From assembly GCF_964355755.1 (NCBI RefSeq), contig NC_092677.1, positions 21,563,175 through 21,627,174 on the forward strand: a stretch of DNA of 64,000 nucleotides. The letters are read 5' to 3'. Below the pieces are notes generated by a model. The model saw only the letters and a list, made by a program, of their open reading frames with translations. It did no database searches and had not been told where the DNA came from. The DNA comes from Antedon mediterranea. Its lineage: Eukaryota; Animalia; Echinodermata. Each line of letters starts with the position of its first letter. Positions within the stretch are counted from its first letter, which is position 1. Below, in pieces: positions 40,301-55,300 of this stretch. A program made the position numbers and the translations under genes.

Positions 40301-43300
40301 TTTCAAAAACAATATTTTTTCAATTAAAAAAAAAAAGAAATAAAATATCAGTAGAGGTTTGAACCCACTAGTGAGAGCACTCAAACTTGAGCATTACCCG
40401 CTACGCCACAAACCAGTAGATGACTGAAGAGCTGATAATACTCTATTTATATGAAATAAATAATAAATCAATGAAAAATAATGCCATGCAACTTTGTTTC
40501 TGATTTTAAAAAAGGTTCATTTGTTTAGGCCTGTCATTTACAACCCTCAAAATATCTCACCTTAAAAAAAAATATTTATTTTCAATAAAAAAAAAAAGAA
40601 AAGAAATATCCCTAGAGGTTCGAACCCACTACTGCGAGAACTCAAACTTGAGCATTACCCGTTACGCCTCAAACCAGTAGATGACTGAAGAGCTGATAAT
40701 ACTCTATTTATATGAAATGAATAATAAATCAATGAAAAATAATGCCATGCAACTTTGTTTCTGATTTTAAAAAAGGTTCACTTGTTTAGGCCTGACATTT
40801 ACAACCCTCAAAATATCTCACCTTCAAAAACAATATTTATTTTCAAATAAAAAAAAAAGAAAAAAAATATCCCTACAAGTTCGAACCCACTATTGAAATC
40901 ACTCAAACCTGAGCATTAACCGTTCGCCGCAAACCATTTTATGACTGAAGAACTGATAATAGTCTATTTATATGAAATGGATGATCAATCAATGAAAAAT
41001 AATGCCATGCAACTTTGTTTCTGATCTTAAAAAAGGTTCACTTGTTTAGGCCTGACATTTACAACCCTCAAAATATCTCAATTTCAAAAACAATATTTAT
41101 TTTAAATAAAAAAAAAAAGAAACAAAATATCCGTAGAGGTTCGAACCCACTAGTGAGAGCACTCAAACTTGAGCATTACCCGTTACGCCACAAACCAGTA
41201 GATGACTGAAGAGCTGACAATACTCTATTTATATGAAATGAATGATCAATCAATGAAAAATAATGCCATGCAACTTTGTTTCTGATTTTAAAAAAGGTCC
41301 ACTTGTTTAGGCCTGTCATTTACAACCCTCAAAATATCTCACCTTCAAAAAAAATATTTATTTTCAATAAAAAAAAAAAAGAAAAGAAATATCCCTAGAG
41401 GTTCGAACCCACTACTGCGAGCACTCAAACTTGAGCATTACCCGTTACGCCTCAAACCAGTAGATGACTGAAGAGCTGATAATACTCTATTTATATGAAA
41501 TGAATAATAAATCAATGAAAAATAATGCCATGCAACTTTGTTTCTGATTTAAAAAAAGGTTCACTTGTTTAGGCCTGACATTTACAACCCTCAAAATATC
41601 TCACTTTCAAAAACAATATTTATTTTAAATAAAAAAAAAAAAGAAACAAAATATCCGTAGAGGATCGAACCCACTAGTGAGATCACTCAAACTTGAGCAT
41701 TACCCGTTACGCCACAAACCAGTAGATGACTGAAGAGCTGATAATACTCTATTTATATGAAATAAATAATAAATCAATGAAAAATAATGCCATGCAACTT
41801 TGTTTCTGATTTTAAAAAAGGTCCACTTGTTTAGGCCTGACATTTACAACCCTCAAAATATCTCACTTTCAAAAACAATATTTATTTTCAATAAAAAAAA
41901 AAAAAAAAAAAATATTCGTAGAGGTTCGAACCCACTACTGCGAGAACTCAAACCTGAGCATTACCCGTTACGCCTCAAACCAGTAGATGACTGAAGAGCT
42001 GATAATACTCTATTTATATGAAATTAATAATAAATCAATGAAAAATAATGCAATGCAACTTTGTTTCTGATTTTAAAAAAGGTTCATTTGTTTAGGCCTG
42101 TCATTTACAACCCTCAAAATATCTCACCTTCAAAAAAAATATTTATTTTCAATAAAAAAAAAAGAAAAGAAATATCCCTAGAGGTTCGAACCCACTACTG
42201 CGAGCACTCAAACTTGAGCATTACCCGTTACGCCTCAAACCAGTAGATGACTGAAGAGCTGATAATACTCTATTTATATGAAATGAATAATAAATCAATG
42301 AAAAATAATGCCATGCAACTTTGTTTCTGATTTTAAAAAAGGTTCACTTGTTTAGGCCTGACATTTACAACCCTCAAAATATCTCACCTTCAAAAACAAT
42401 ATTTATTTTCAAATAAAAAAAAAAAGAAAAAAAATATCCCTAGAAGTTCGAACCCACTATTGAAATCACTCAAACCTGAGCATTAACCGTTCGCCGCAAA
42501 CCATTTTATGACTGAAGAGCTGCTAATAGTCTATTAATATGAAATGGATGATCAATCAATGAAAAATAATGCCATGCAACTTTGTTTCTGATTTTAAAAA
42601 AGGTTCACTTGTTTAGGCCTGACAGTTGCAACCCTCAAAATATCTCACTTTCAAAAACAATATTTATTTTCAATTAAAAAAAAAAGAAAAAAAAAATACC
42701 CGTATAGGTTCGAACCCACTACTGTGAGCACTCAAACCTGAGCATTACACGTTACGCCACAAACCAGTAGATGACTGAGGAGCTGATAATAGTCTATATA
42801 TATGAGATGAATGATCAATCAATGAAAAATAATGCCATGTAACTTTGTTTCTGATTGAAAAAAATGTTCACTTGTTTAGGCCTGACATTTACAACCCTCA
42901 AAATATCTCACTTTCAAAAACAATATTTATTTTCAAATAAAAAAAAAAAAAAAAATATCCCTAGAAGTTCGAACCCACTATTGAAATCACTCAAAACTGA
43001 GCATTACCCGTTACGCCGCAAACCAGTATATAACTGAAGAGCTGATAATAGTCAATTTATATGAAATGGATGATCAACCAATGAAAAATAATGCCATGCA
43101 ACTTTGTTTCTGATTTTAAAAAAGGTCCACTTGTTTAGGCCTGACATTTACAACCCTCAAAATATCTCACTTTCAAAAACAATATTTATTTTCAATTTAA
43201 AAAAAAAAATCCCTAGAGGTTCGAACCCACTACTGAAAGCACTCAAACCTGAGCATTATCCGTTACGCCACAAACCAGTAGATGACTGCGGAGCTGATAA

Positions 43301-46300
43301 CAGTCTATTTATATGAAATGAATGATCCATCAATGTAAAATGATGTTATGCAAATTTGTTTCTGATTTTTAAAAAAGGTTCACTTGGTTAGGCTTGACAT
43401 TTAAAACCCTCAAAATATCTCACTTTCAAAAACCATATTTATTTTCAATTTAAAAAAAAGAAAAAAAATATCCCTTGAGGTTCGACCCACTCCTCACAGC
43501 ACTCAAACCTGAGCATTACCCGCTACGCCACAAACCAGTAGATGACTGAAGAGCTGATAATAGTCTATTTATATGAAATGAATTATCAATCAATGAAAAA
43601 TAATGCCATGCAACTTTGTTTCTGATTTTAAAAAAGGTCCACTTGTTTAGGCCTGACATTTACAACCCTCAAAATATCTCCCTTTCAAAAACCATATTTA
43701 TTTTCAATTTAAAAAAAAAAGAAAAAAAATATCCCTAGAGGTTCGACCCACTACTCAGAGCACTCAAAATTGAGCATTACCCGTTACGCCACAAACCAGT
43801 AGATGACTGAAGAGCTGATAATAGTCTATTTATATGAAATGAATGATCAATCAATGAAAAATAATGCCATGCAACTTTGTTTCTGATTTAAAAAAAGGTT
43901 CACTTGTTTAGGCCTGACATTTACAACCCTAAAAATATCTCACTTTCAAAAACAATATTTATTTTCAATTTAAAAAAAAAAATCCCTAGAGGTTCGAACC
44001 CACTACTGAGAGAACTCAAACCTGAGCATTATCCGTTACGCCACCAACCAGTAGGTGACTGAGGAGCTGATAATAGTCTATTTATATGAAATAAATGATC
44101 AATCAATGAAAAATAATGCCATGCAACTTTGTTTCTGATTTTAAAAAAGGTTCACTTGTTTTGGCCTGACATTTACAACCCTCAAAATATCTCACTTTCA
44201 AAAACAATATTTTTTCAATTAAAAAAAAAAGAAATAAAATATCAGTAGAGGTTTGAACCCACTAGTGAGAGCACTCAAACTTGAGCATTACCCGCTACGC
44301 CACAAACCAGTAGATGACTGAAGAGCTGATAATACTCTATTTATATGAAATAAATAATAAATCAATGAAAAATAATGCCATGCAACTTTGTTTCTGATTT
44401 TAAAAAAGGTTCATTTGTTTAGGCCTGTCATTTACAACCCTCAAAATATCTCACCTTAAAAAAAATATTTATTTTCAATAAAAAAAAAAGAAAAGAAATA
44501 TCCCTAGAGGTTCGAACCCATTACTGCGAGCACTCACACTTGAGCATTACCCGTTACGCCTCAAACCAGTAGATGACTGAAGAGCTGATAATACTCTATT
44601 TATATGAAATGAATAATAAATCAATGAAAAATAATGCCATGCAACTTTGTTTCTGATTTTAAAAAAGGTTCACTTGTTTAGGCCTGACATTTACAACCCT
44701 CAAAATATCTCACCTTCAAAAACAATATTTATTTTCAAATAAAAAAAAAAGAAAAAAAATATCCCTAGAAGTTCGAACCCACTATTGAAATCACTCAAAC
44801 CTGAGCATTAACCGTTCGCCGCAAACCATTTTATGACTGAAGAGCTGATAATAGTCTATTTATATGAAATGGATGATCAATCAATGAAAAATAATGCCAT
44901 GCAACTTTGTTTCTGATTTTAAAAAAGGTTCACTTGTTTAGGCCTGACATTTACAACCCTCAAAATATCTCAATTTCAAAAACAATATTTATTTTAAATA
45001 AAAAAAAAAAAGAAACAAAATATCCGTAGAGGTTCGAACCCACTAGTGAGAGCACTCAAACTTGAGCATTACCCGTTACGCCACAAACCAGTAGATGACT
45101 GAAGAGCTGACAATACTCTATTTATATGAAATGAATGATCAATCAATGAAAAATAATGCCATGCAACTTTGTTTCTGATTTTAAAAAAGGTCCACTTGTT
45201 TAGGCCTGACATTTACAACCCTCAAAATATCTCACTTTCAAAAACAATATTTATTTTCAATAAAAAAAAAAAAAAAAAAAAAAATATTCGTAGAGGTTCG
45301 AACCCACTACTGCGAGAACTCAAACCTGAGCATTACCCGTTACGCCTCAAACCAGTAGATGACTGAAGAGCTGACAATACTCTATTTATATGAAATGAAT
45401 GATCAATCAATGAAAAATAATGCCATGCAACTTTGTTTCTGATTTTAAAAAAGGTCCACTTGTTTAGGCCTGACATTTACAACCCTCAAAATATCTCACC
45501 TTCAAAAAAAATATTTATTTTCAATAAAAAAAAAAAAGAAAAGAAATATCCCTAGAGGTTCGAACCCACTACTGCGAGCACTCAAACTTGAGCATTACCC
45601 GTTACGCCTCAAACCAGTAGATGACTGAAGAGCTGATAATACTCTATTTATATGAAATGAATAATAAATCAATGAAAAATAATGCCATGCAACTTTGTTT
45701 CTGATTTTAAAAAAGGTTCACTTGTTTAGGCCTGACATTTACAACCCTCAAAATATCTCACCTTCAAAAAAAATATTTATTTTCAATAAAAAAAAAAAAG
45801 AAAAGAAATATCCCTAGAGGTTCGAACCCACTACTGCGAGCACTCAAACTTGAGCATTACCCGTTACGCCTCAAACCAGTAGATGACTGAAGAGCTGATA
45901 ATACTCTATTTATATGAAATGAATAATAAATCAATGAAAAATAATGCCATGCAACTTTGTTTCTGATTTTAAAAAAGGTTCACTTGTTTAGGCCTGACAT
46001 TTACAACCCTCAAAATATCTCACCTTCAAAAACAATATTTATTTTCAAATAAAAAAAAAAGAAAAAAAATATCCCTAGAAGTTCGAACCCACTATTGAAA
46101 TCACTCAAAACTGAGCATTACCCGTTACGCCGCAAACCAGTATATAACTGAAGAGCTGATAATAGTCTATTTATATGAAATGGATGATCAACCAATGAAA
46201 AATAATGCCATGCAACTTTGTTTCTGATTTTAAAAAAGGTCCACTTGTTTAGGCCTGACATTTACAACCCTCAAAATATCTCACTTTCAAAAACAATATT

Positions 46301-49300
46301 TATTTTCAATTTAAAAAAAAAAAAATCCCTAGAGGTTCGAACCCACTACTGAAAGCACTCAAACCTGAGCATTATCCGTTACGCCACAAACCAGTAGATG
46401 ACTGCGGAGCTGATAATAGTCCATTTATATGAAATGAATGATCAATCAATGAAAAATAATGCCATGCAACTTTGTTTCTGATTTTAAAAAAGGTCCACTT
46501 GTTTAGGCCTGACATTTACAACCCTCAAAATATCTCGCTTTCAAAAACAATATTTATTTTCAATTAAAAAAAAAAGAAAAAAAATATTAGTAGAGGTTCG
46601 AACCAACTACTGCGAGAACTCAAACCTGAGCACTACCGGTTACGCCACAAACCAGTAGATGACTGAAGAGCTGATAATACTCTATTTATATGAAATTAAT
46701 AATAAATCAATGAAAAATAATGACATGCAACTTTGTTTCTGATTTTAAAAAAGGTTCACTTGTTTAGGCCTGACATTTACAACCCTCAAAATATCTCACT
46801 TTCAAAAACAATATTTATTTTAAATAAAAAAAAAAAAGAAACAAAATATCCCTAGAGGTTCGACCCACTACTCAGAGCACTCAAACCTGAGCATTACCCG
46901 TTACGCCACAAACCAGTAGATGACTGAAGAGCTGATAATAGTCTATTTATATGAAATGAATGATCAATCAATGAAAAATAATGCCATGCAACTTTGTTTC
47001 TGATTTTAAAAAATATCCATTTGTTTAGGCCTGACATTCACAACCCTAAAAAATATCTCATTTTCAAAAAAAATATTTATTTTCAATAAGAAAAAAAAAA
47101 GCAATATCCCTAGAGGTTCGAACCCACTACTGCGAGAACTCAAACCTGAGCATTACCCGTTACGCCTCAAACCAGTAGATGACTGAAGAGCTGATAATAC
47201 TCTATTTATATGAAATTAATAATAAATCAATGAAAAATAATGCCATGCAACTTTGTTTCTGATTTTAAAAAAGGTTCACTTGTTTAGGCCTGACATTTAC
47301 AACCCTCAAAATATCTCACTTTCAAAAACAATATTTATTTTAAATAAAAAAAAAAAGAAACAAAATATCCGTAGAGGATCGAACCCACTAGTGAGAGCAC
47401 TCAAACTTGAGCATTACCCGTTACGCCTCAAACCAGTAGATGACTGAAGAGCTGCTAATACTCTATTTATATGAAATAAATAATAAATCAATGAAAAATA
47501 ATGCCATGCAACTTTGTTTCTGATTTTAAAAAAGGTCCACTTGTTTAGGCCTGACATTTACAACCCTCAAAATATCTCACTTTCAAAAACCATATTTATT
47601 TTCAATTTAAAAAAAAAAGAAAAAAATATCCCTAGAGGTTCGACCCACTACTCAGAGCACTCAAAACTGAGCATTACCCGTTACGCCACAAACCAGTAGA
47701 TGACTGAAGAGCTGATAATAGTCTATTTATATGAAATGAATGATCAATCAATGAAAAATAATGCCATGCAACTTTGTTTCTGATTTAAAAAAAGGTCCAC
47801 TTGTTTAGGCCTGACATTTACAACCCTCAAACTATCTCACTTTCAAAAACCATATTTATTTTAAATTTAAAAAAAAAAGAAAAAAAATATTCGTAGAGGT
47901 TCGAACCCACCACTGCGAGAACTCAAACCTGAGCACTACCAGTTACGCTACAAACCAGTAGATGACTGAAGAGCTGATAATAGTCTATTTATATGAAATT
48001 AATAATAAATCAATGAAAAATAATGCCATGCAACTTTCTTTCTGATTTTAAAAAAGGTTCACTTGTTTAGGCCTGACATTTACAACCCTCAAAATATCTC
48101 ACTTTCAAAAACAATATTTATTTAAAAAAAAAAAAAAAAAACAAAATCTTCGTAGAGGTTCGAACCCACTAGTGAGAGAACTCAAACTTGAGCATTACCC
48201 GTTACGCCACAAACCAGTAGATGACTGAAGAGCTGATAATACTCTATTTATATGAAATAAATAATAAATCAATGAAAAATAATGCCATGCAACTTTGTTT
48301 CTGATTTTAAAAAAGGTCCACTTGTTTAGGCCTGACATTTACAACCCTCAAAATATCTCACTTTAAAAAACCATATTTATTTTCAAATTAAAAAAAAAAG
48401 AAAAAAATATCCCTAGAGGTTCGACCCACTACTCAGAGCACTCAAAACTGAGCATTACCCGTTACGCCACAAACCAGTAGATGACTGAAGAGCTGATAAT
48501 AGTCTATTTATATGAAATGAATGATCAATCAATGAAAAATAATGCCATGCAACTTTGTTTCTGATTTAAAAAAAGGTTCACTTGTATAGGCCTGACATTT
48601 ACAACCCTAAAAATATCTCACTTTCAAAAACAATATTTATTTTCAATTTTAAAAAAAAAATCCCTAGAGGTTCGAACCCACTACTGAGAGAACTCAAACC
48701 TGAGAATTATCCGTTACGCCACCAACCAGTAGGTGACTGAGGAGCTGATAATAGTCTATTTATATGAAATGAATGATCAATCAATGAAAAATAATGCCAT
48801 GAAGCTTTGTTTCTGATTTTAAAAAAGGTTCACTTGTTTTGGCCTGACATTTACAACCCTCAAAATATCTCACTTTCAAAAACAATATTTTTTCAATTAA
48901 AAAAAAAAAAGAAATAAAATATCAGTAGAGGTTCGAACCCACTAGTGAGAGCACTCAAACTTGAGCATTACCCGTTACGCCACAAACCAGTAGATGACTG
49001 AATAGCTGATAATAGTCTATTTATATGAAATGAATGATCAATCAATGAAAAATAATGCCATGCAACTTTGTTTCTGATTTTAAAAAAGGTTCACTTGTTT
49101 AGGCCTGATATTTACAACCCTCAAAATATCTCACTTTCAAAAACCATATTTATTTTCAATTTTAAAAAAAAAGAAAAAAAATATCCCTAGAGGTTCAACC
49201 CACTACTCAGAGCACTCAAACCTGAGCATTACCCGTTACGCCACAAACCAGTAGATGAATGAAGAGCTGATAATAGTCTATTTATATGAAATGAATGATC

Positions 49301-52300
49301 AATCAATGAAAATAATGCCATGCAACTTTGTTTCTGATTTTAAAAAAGGTCCACTTGTTTAGGCCTGACATTTACAACCCTCAAAATATCTCACTTTCAA
49401 AAACAATATTTATTTTAAATAAAAAAAAAAAAAGAAACAAAATATCCGTAGAGGATCGAACCCACTAGTGAGAGCACTCATACTTGAGCATTACCCGTTA
49501 CGCCTCAAACCAGTAGATGACTGAAGAGCTGCTAATACTCTATTTATATGAAATAAATAATAAATCAATGAAAAATAATGCCATGCAACTTTGTTTCTGA
49601 TTTTAAAAAAGGTCCACTTGTTTAGGCCTGACATTTACAACCCTCAAAATATCTCACTTTCAAAAACAATATTTATTTTCAATAAAAAAAAAAAAAAAAA
49701 ATATTCGTAGAGGTTCGAACCCACTACTGCGAGAACTCAAACCTGAGCATTACCCGTTACGCCTCAAACCAGTAGATGACTGAAGAGCTGATAATACTCT
49801 ATTTATATGAAATTAATAATAAATCAATGAAAAATAATGCCATGCAACTTTGTTTCTGATTTTAAAAAAGGTCCACTTGTTTAGGCCTGACATTTACAAC
49901 CCTCAAAATATCTCGCTTTCAAAAACAATATTTATTTTCAATTAAAAAAAAAAGAAAAAAAATATTAGTAGAGGTTCGAACCCACTACTGCGAGAACTCA
50001 AACCTGAGCACTACCGGTTACGCCACAAACCAGTAGATGACTGAAGAGCTGATAACAGTCTATTTATATGAAATGAATGATCCATCAATGTAAAATGATG
50101 TTATGCAACTTTGTTTCTGATTTTTAAAAAAGGTCCACTTGTTTAGGCCTGACATTTACAACCCTCAAAATATCTCACTTTCAAAAACAATATTTATTTT
50201 CAATTTAAAAAAAAAAGAAAAAAAGTATCCCTAGAGGTTCGACCCACTACTCAGAGCACTCAAACCTGAGCATTACTTGTTACGCCACAAACCAGTAGAT
50301 AACTGAAGAGCTGATAATAGTCTATTTATATGGAATTAATGATAAATCAATGAAAAATAATGCCATGCAACTTTGTTTCTGATTTTAAAAAAGGTCCACT
50401 TGTTTAGGCCTGACATTTACAACCCTCAAAATATCTCACTTTCAAAAACAATATTTTTTTCAATAAAAAAAAAAAAAAAAAAAATATTCGTGGAGGTTCG
50501 AACCCACTACTGCGAGAACTCAAACCTGAGCATTACCCGATACGCCTCAAACCAGTAGATGACTGAAGAGCTGATAATACTCTATTTATATGAAATTAAT
50601 AATAAATCAATGAAAAATAATGCCATGCAACTTTGTTTCTGATTTTAAAAGAGGTTCACTTGTTTAGGCCTGACATTTACAACTCTCAAAATATCTCACT
50701 TTCAAAAACAATATTTATTTTAAATAAAAAAAAAAAAGAAACAAAATATCCCTAGAGGTTCGACCCACTACTCAGAGCACTCAAACCTGAGCATTACCCG
50801 TTACGCCACTAACCAGTAGATGACTGAAGAGCTGATAATAGTCTATTTATATGAAATGAATGATCAATCAATGAAAAATAATGCCATGCAACTTTGTTTC
50901 TGATTTTAAAAAATATCCATTTGTTTAGGCCTGACATTCACAACCCTAAAAAATATCTCATTTTCAAAAAAAATATTTATTTTCAATAAGAAAAAAAAGC
51001 AATATCCCTAGAGGTTCGAACCCACTACTGCGAGAACTCAAACCTGAGCATTACCCGTCACGCCTCAAACCAGTAGATGACTGAAGAGCTGCTAATACTC
51101 TATTTATATGAAATAAATAATAAATCAATGAAAAATAATGCCATGCAACTTTGTTTCTGATTTTAAAAAATGTCCACTTGTTTAGGCCTGACATTTACAA
51201 CCCTCAAAATATCTCACTTTCAAAAACAATATTTATTTTCAATAAAAAAAAAAAAAAAAAAATATTCGTAGAGGTTCGAACCCACTACTGCGAGAACTCA
51301 AACCTGAGCATTACCCGTTACGCCTCAAACCAGTAGATGACTGAAGAGCTGATAATACTCTATTTATATGAAATTAATAATAAATCAATGAAAAATAATG
51401 CCATGCAACTTTGTTTCTGATTTTAAAAAAGGTTCACTTGTTTAGGCCTGACATTTACAACCCTCAAAATATCTCACTTTCAAAAACAATATTTATTTTA
51501 AATTAAAAAAAAAAAAGAAAAAAAATATCCGTAGAGGATCGAACCCACTAGTGAGAGCACTCAAACTTGAGCATTACCCGTTACGCCACAAATCAGTAGA
51601 TGACTGAAGAGCTGATAATACTCTATTTATATGAAATAAATAATAAATCAATGAAAAATAATGCCATGCAACTTTGTTTCTGATTTTAAAAAAGGTCCAC
51701 TTGTTTAGGCCTGACATTTACAACCCTCAAAATATCTCACTTTCAAAAACAATATTTATTTTCAATAAAAAAAAAAAAAAAAAAATATTCGGAGAGGTTC
51801 GAACCCACTACTGAGAGAACTCAAACCTGAGCATTATCCGTTACGCCACCAACCAGTAGGTGACTGAGGAGCTGATAATAGTCTATTTATATGAAATAAA
51901 TGATCAATCAATGAAAAATAATGCCATGAAACTTTGTTTCTGATTTTAAAAAAGGTTCACTTGTTTTGGCCTGACATTTACAACCCTCAAAATATCTCAC
52001 TTTCAAAAACAATATTTTTTCAATTAAAAAAAAAAAAGAAATAAAATATCAGTAGAGGTTCGAACCCACTAGTGAGAGCACTCAAACTTGAGCATTACCC
52101 GTTACGCCACAAACCAGTAGATGACTGAAGAGCTGATAATAGTCTATTTATATGAAATGAATGATCAATCAATGAAAAATAATGCCATGCAACTTTGTTT
52201 CTGATTTTAAAAAAGGTCCACTTGTTTAGGCCTGACATTTACAACCCTCAAAATATCTCACTTTCAAAAACAATATTTATTTTCAATAAAAAAAAAAAAA

Positions 52301-55300
52301 AAAAAAATATTCGTAGAGGTTCGAACCCACTACTGAGAGAACTCAAACCTGAGCATTATCCGTTACGCCACCAACCAGTAGGTGACTGAGGAGCTGATAA
52401 TAGTCTATTTATATGAAATAAATGATCAATCAATGAAAAATAATGCCATGAAACTTTGTTTCTGATTTTAAAAAAGGTTCACTTGTTTTGGCCTGACATT
52501 TACAACCCTCAAAATATCTCACTTTCAAAAACAATATTTTTTCAATTAAAAAAAAAAAAGAAATAAAATATCAGTAGAGGTTCGAACCCACTAGTGAGAG
52601 CACTCAAACTTGAGCATTACCCGTTACGCCACAAACCAGTAGATGACTGAAGAGCTGATAATAGTCTATTTATATGAAATGAATGATCAATCAATGAAAA
52701 ATAATGCCATGCAACTTTGTTTCTGATTTTAAAAAAGGTTCACTTGTTTAGGCCTGATATTTACAACCCTCAAAATATCTCACTTTCAAAAACCATATTT
52801 ATTTTCAATTTAAAAAAAGAAGAAAAAAAATATCCCTAGAGGTTCGACCCACTACTCAGAGCACTCAAACCTGAGCATTACCCGTTAGGCCACAAACCAG
52901 TAGATGAATGAAGAGCTGATAATAGTCTATTTATATGAAATGAATGATCAATCAATGAAAATAATGCCATGCAACTTTGTTTCTGATTTTAAAAAAGGTC
53001 CACTTGTTTAGGCCTGACATTTACAACCCTCAAAATATCTCACTTTCAAAAACAATATTTATTTTCAATTAAAAAAAAAAGAAAAAAAATATCCCTAGAG
53101 GTTCGACCCACTACTCAGAGCACTCAAACCTGAGCATTACTCGTTACGCCACAAACCAGTAGATGACTGAAGAGCTGGTAATAGTCTATTTATATGAAAT
53201 GAATTATCAATCAATGAAAAATAATGCCATGCAACTTTGTTTCTGATTTTAAAAAAGATCCATTTGTTTAGGCCTGACATTTACAACCCTAAAAAATATC
53301 TCATTTTCAAAAAAAATATTTATTTTCAATAAGAAAAAAAAAAGCAATATCCCTAGAGGTTGGAACCCGCTACTTAGAGCACTCAAACCTGGGTATTACC
53401 CGTTACGCCACAAACCAGTAGATGACTGAAGAGCTGATAATAGTCTATTTATATGAAATGAATGATCAATCAATGAAAAATAATGCCATGCAACTTTGTT
53501 TCTGATTTTAAAAAAGGTCCACTTGTTTAGGCCTGACATTTACAACCCTCAAAATATCTCACTTTCAAAAACCATATTTATTTTCAATTTAAAAAAAAAA
53601 GAAAAAAAATATCCCTAGAGGTTCGACCCACTACTCAGAGCACTCAAAACTGAGCATTACCCGTTACGCCACAAACCAGTAGATGACTGAAGAGCTGATA
53701 ATAGTCTATTTATATGAAATAAATGATCAATCAATGAAAAATAATGCCATGCAACTTTGTTTCTGATTTAAAAAAAGGTTCACTTGTTTAGGCCTGACAT
53801 TTACAACCCTAAAAATATCTCACTTTCAAAAACAATATTTATTTTCAATTTAAAAAAAAAAAATCTAGAGGTTCGAACCCACTACTGAGAGAACTCAAAC
53901 CTGAGCATTATCCGTTACGCCACCAACCAGTAGGTGACTGAGGAGCTGATAATAGTCTATTTATATGAAATGAATGATCAATCAATGAAAAATAATGCCA
54001 TGCAACTTTGTTTCTGATTTTAAAAAAGGTTCACTTGTTTTGGCCTGACATTTACAACCCTCAAAATATCTCACTTTCAAAAACAATATTTTTTCAATTA
54101 AAAAAAAAAAGAAATAAAATATCAGTAGAGGTTCGAACCCACTAGTGAGAGCACTCAAACTTGAGCATTACCCATTACGCCACAAAAAAATAGATGACTG
54201 AAGAGCTGACAATACTCTATTTATATGAAATAAATAATAAATCAATGAAAAATAATGCCATGCAACTTTGTTTCTGATTTTTAAAAAGGTCCACTTGTTT
54301 AGGCCTGACATTTACAACCCTCAAACTATCTCACTTTCAAAAACCATATTTATTTTAAATTTAAAAAAAAAAAGAAAAAAAATATTCGTAGAGGTTCGAA
54401 CCCACCACTGCGAGAACTCAAACCTGAGCACTACCAGTTACGCTACAAACCAGTAGATGACTGAAGAGCTGATAATAGTCTATTTATATGAAATTAATAA
54501 TAAATCAATGAAAAATAATGCCATGCAACTTTCTTTCTGATTTTAAAAAAGGTTCACTTGTTTAGGCCTGACATTTACAACCCTCAAAATATCTTACTTT
54601 CAAAAACAATATTTATTTAAAAAAAAAAAAAAAAGAAACAAAATCTCCGTAGAGGATCGAACCCACTAGTGAGAGCACTCAAACTTGAGCATTACCCGTT
54701 ACGCCACAAACCAGTAGATAACTGAAGAGCTGATAATAGTCTATTTATATGAAATGAATGATCAATGAATGAAAAATAATGCCATGCAACTTTGTTTCTG
54801 ATTTTAAAAAAGGTCCAGTTGTTTAGGCCTGACATTTACAACCCTCAAAATATCTCACTTTCAAAAACAATATTTTTTTCAATAAAAAAAAAAAAGAAAA
54901 AAAATATTCGTAGAGGTTCAAACCCACTACTGCGAGAACTCAAACCTGAGCATTACCCGTTACGCCTCAAACCAGTAGATGACTGAAGAGCTGATAATAC
55001 TCTATTTATATGAAATTAATAATAAATCAATGAAAAATGATGCAATGCAACTTTGTTTCTGATTTTAAAAAAGGTTCACTTGTTTAGGCCTGACATTTAC
55101 AACCCTCAAAATATCTCACTTTCAAAAACAATATTTATTTTAAATAAAAAAAAAAAGAAACAAAATACCCGTAGAGGTTCGAACCCACTAGTGAGAGCAC
55201 TCAAATTTGAGCATTATCCGTTACGCCACAAACCAGTAGATGACTGAAGAGCTGACAATACTCTATTTATATGAAATAAATAATAAATCAATGAAAAATA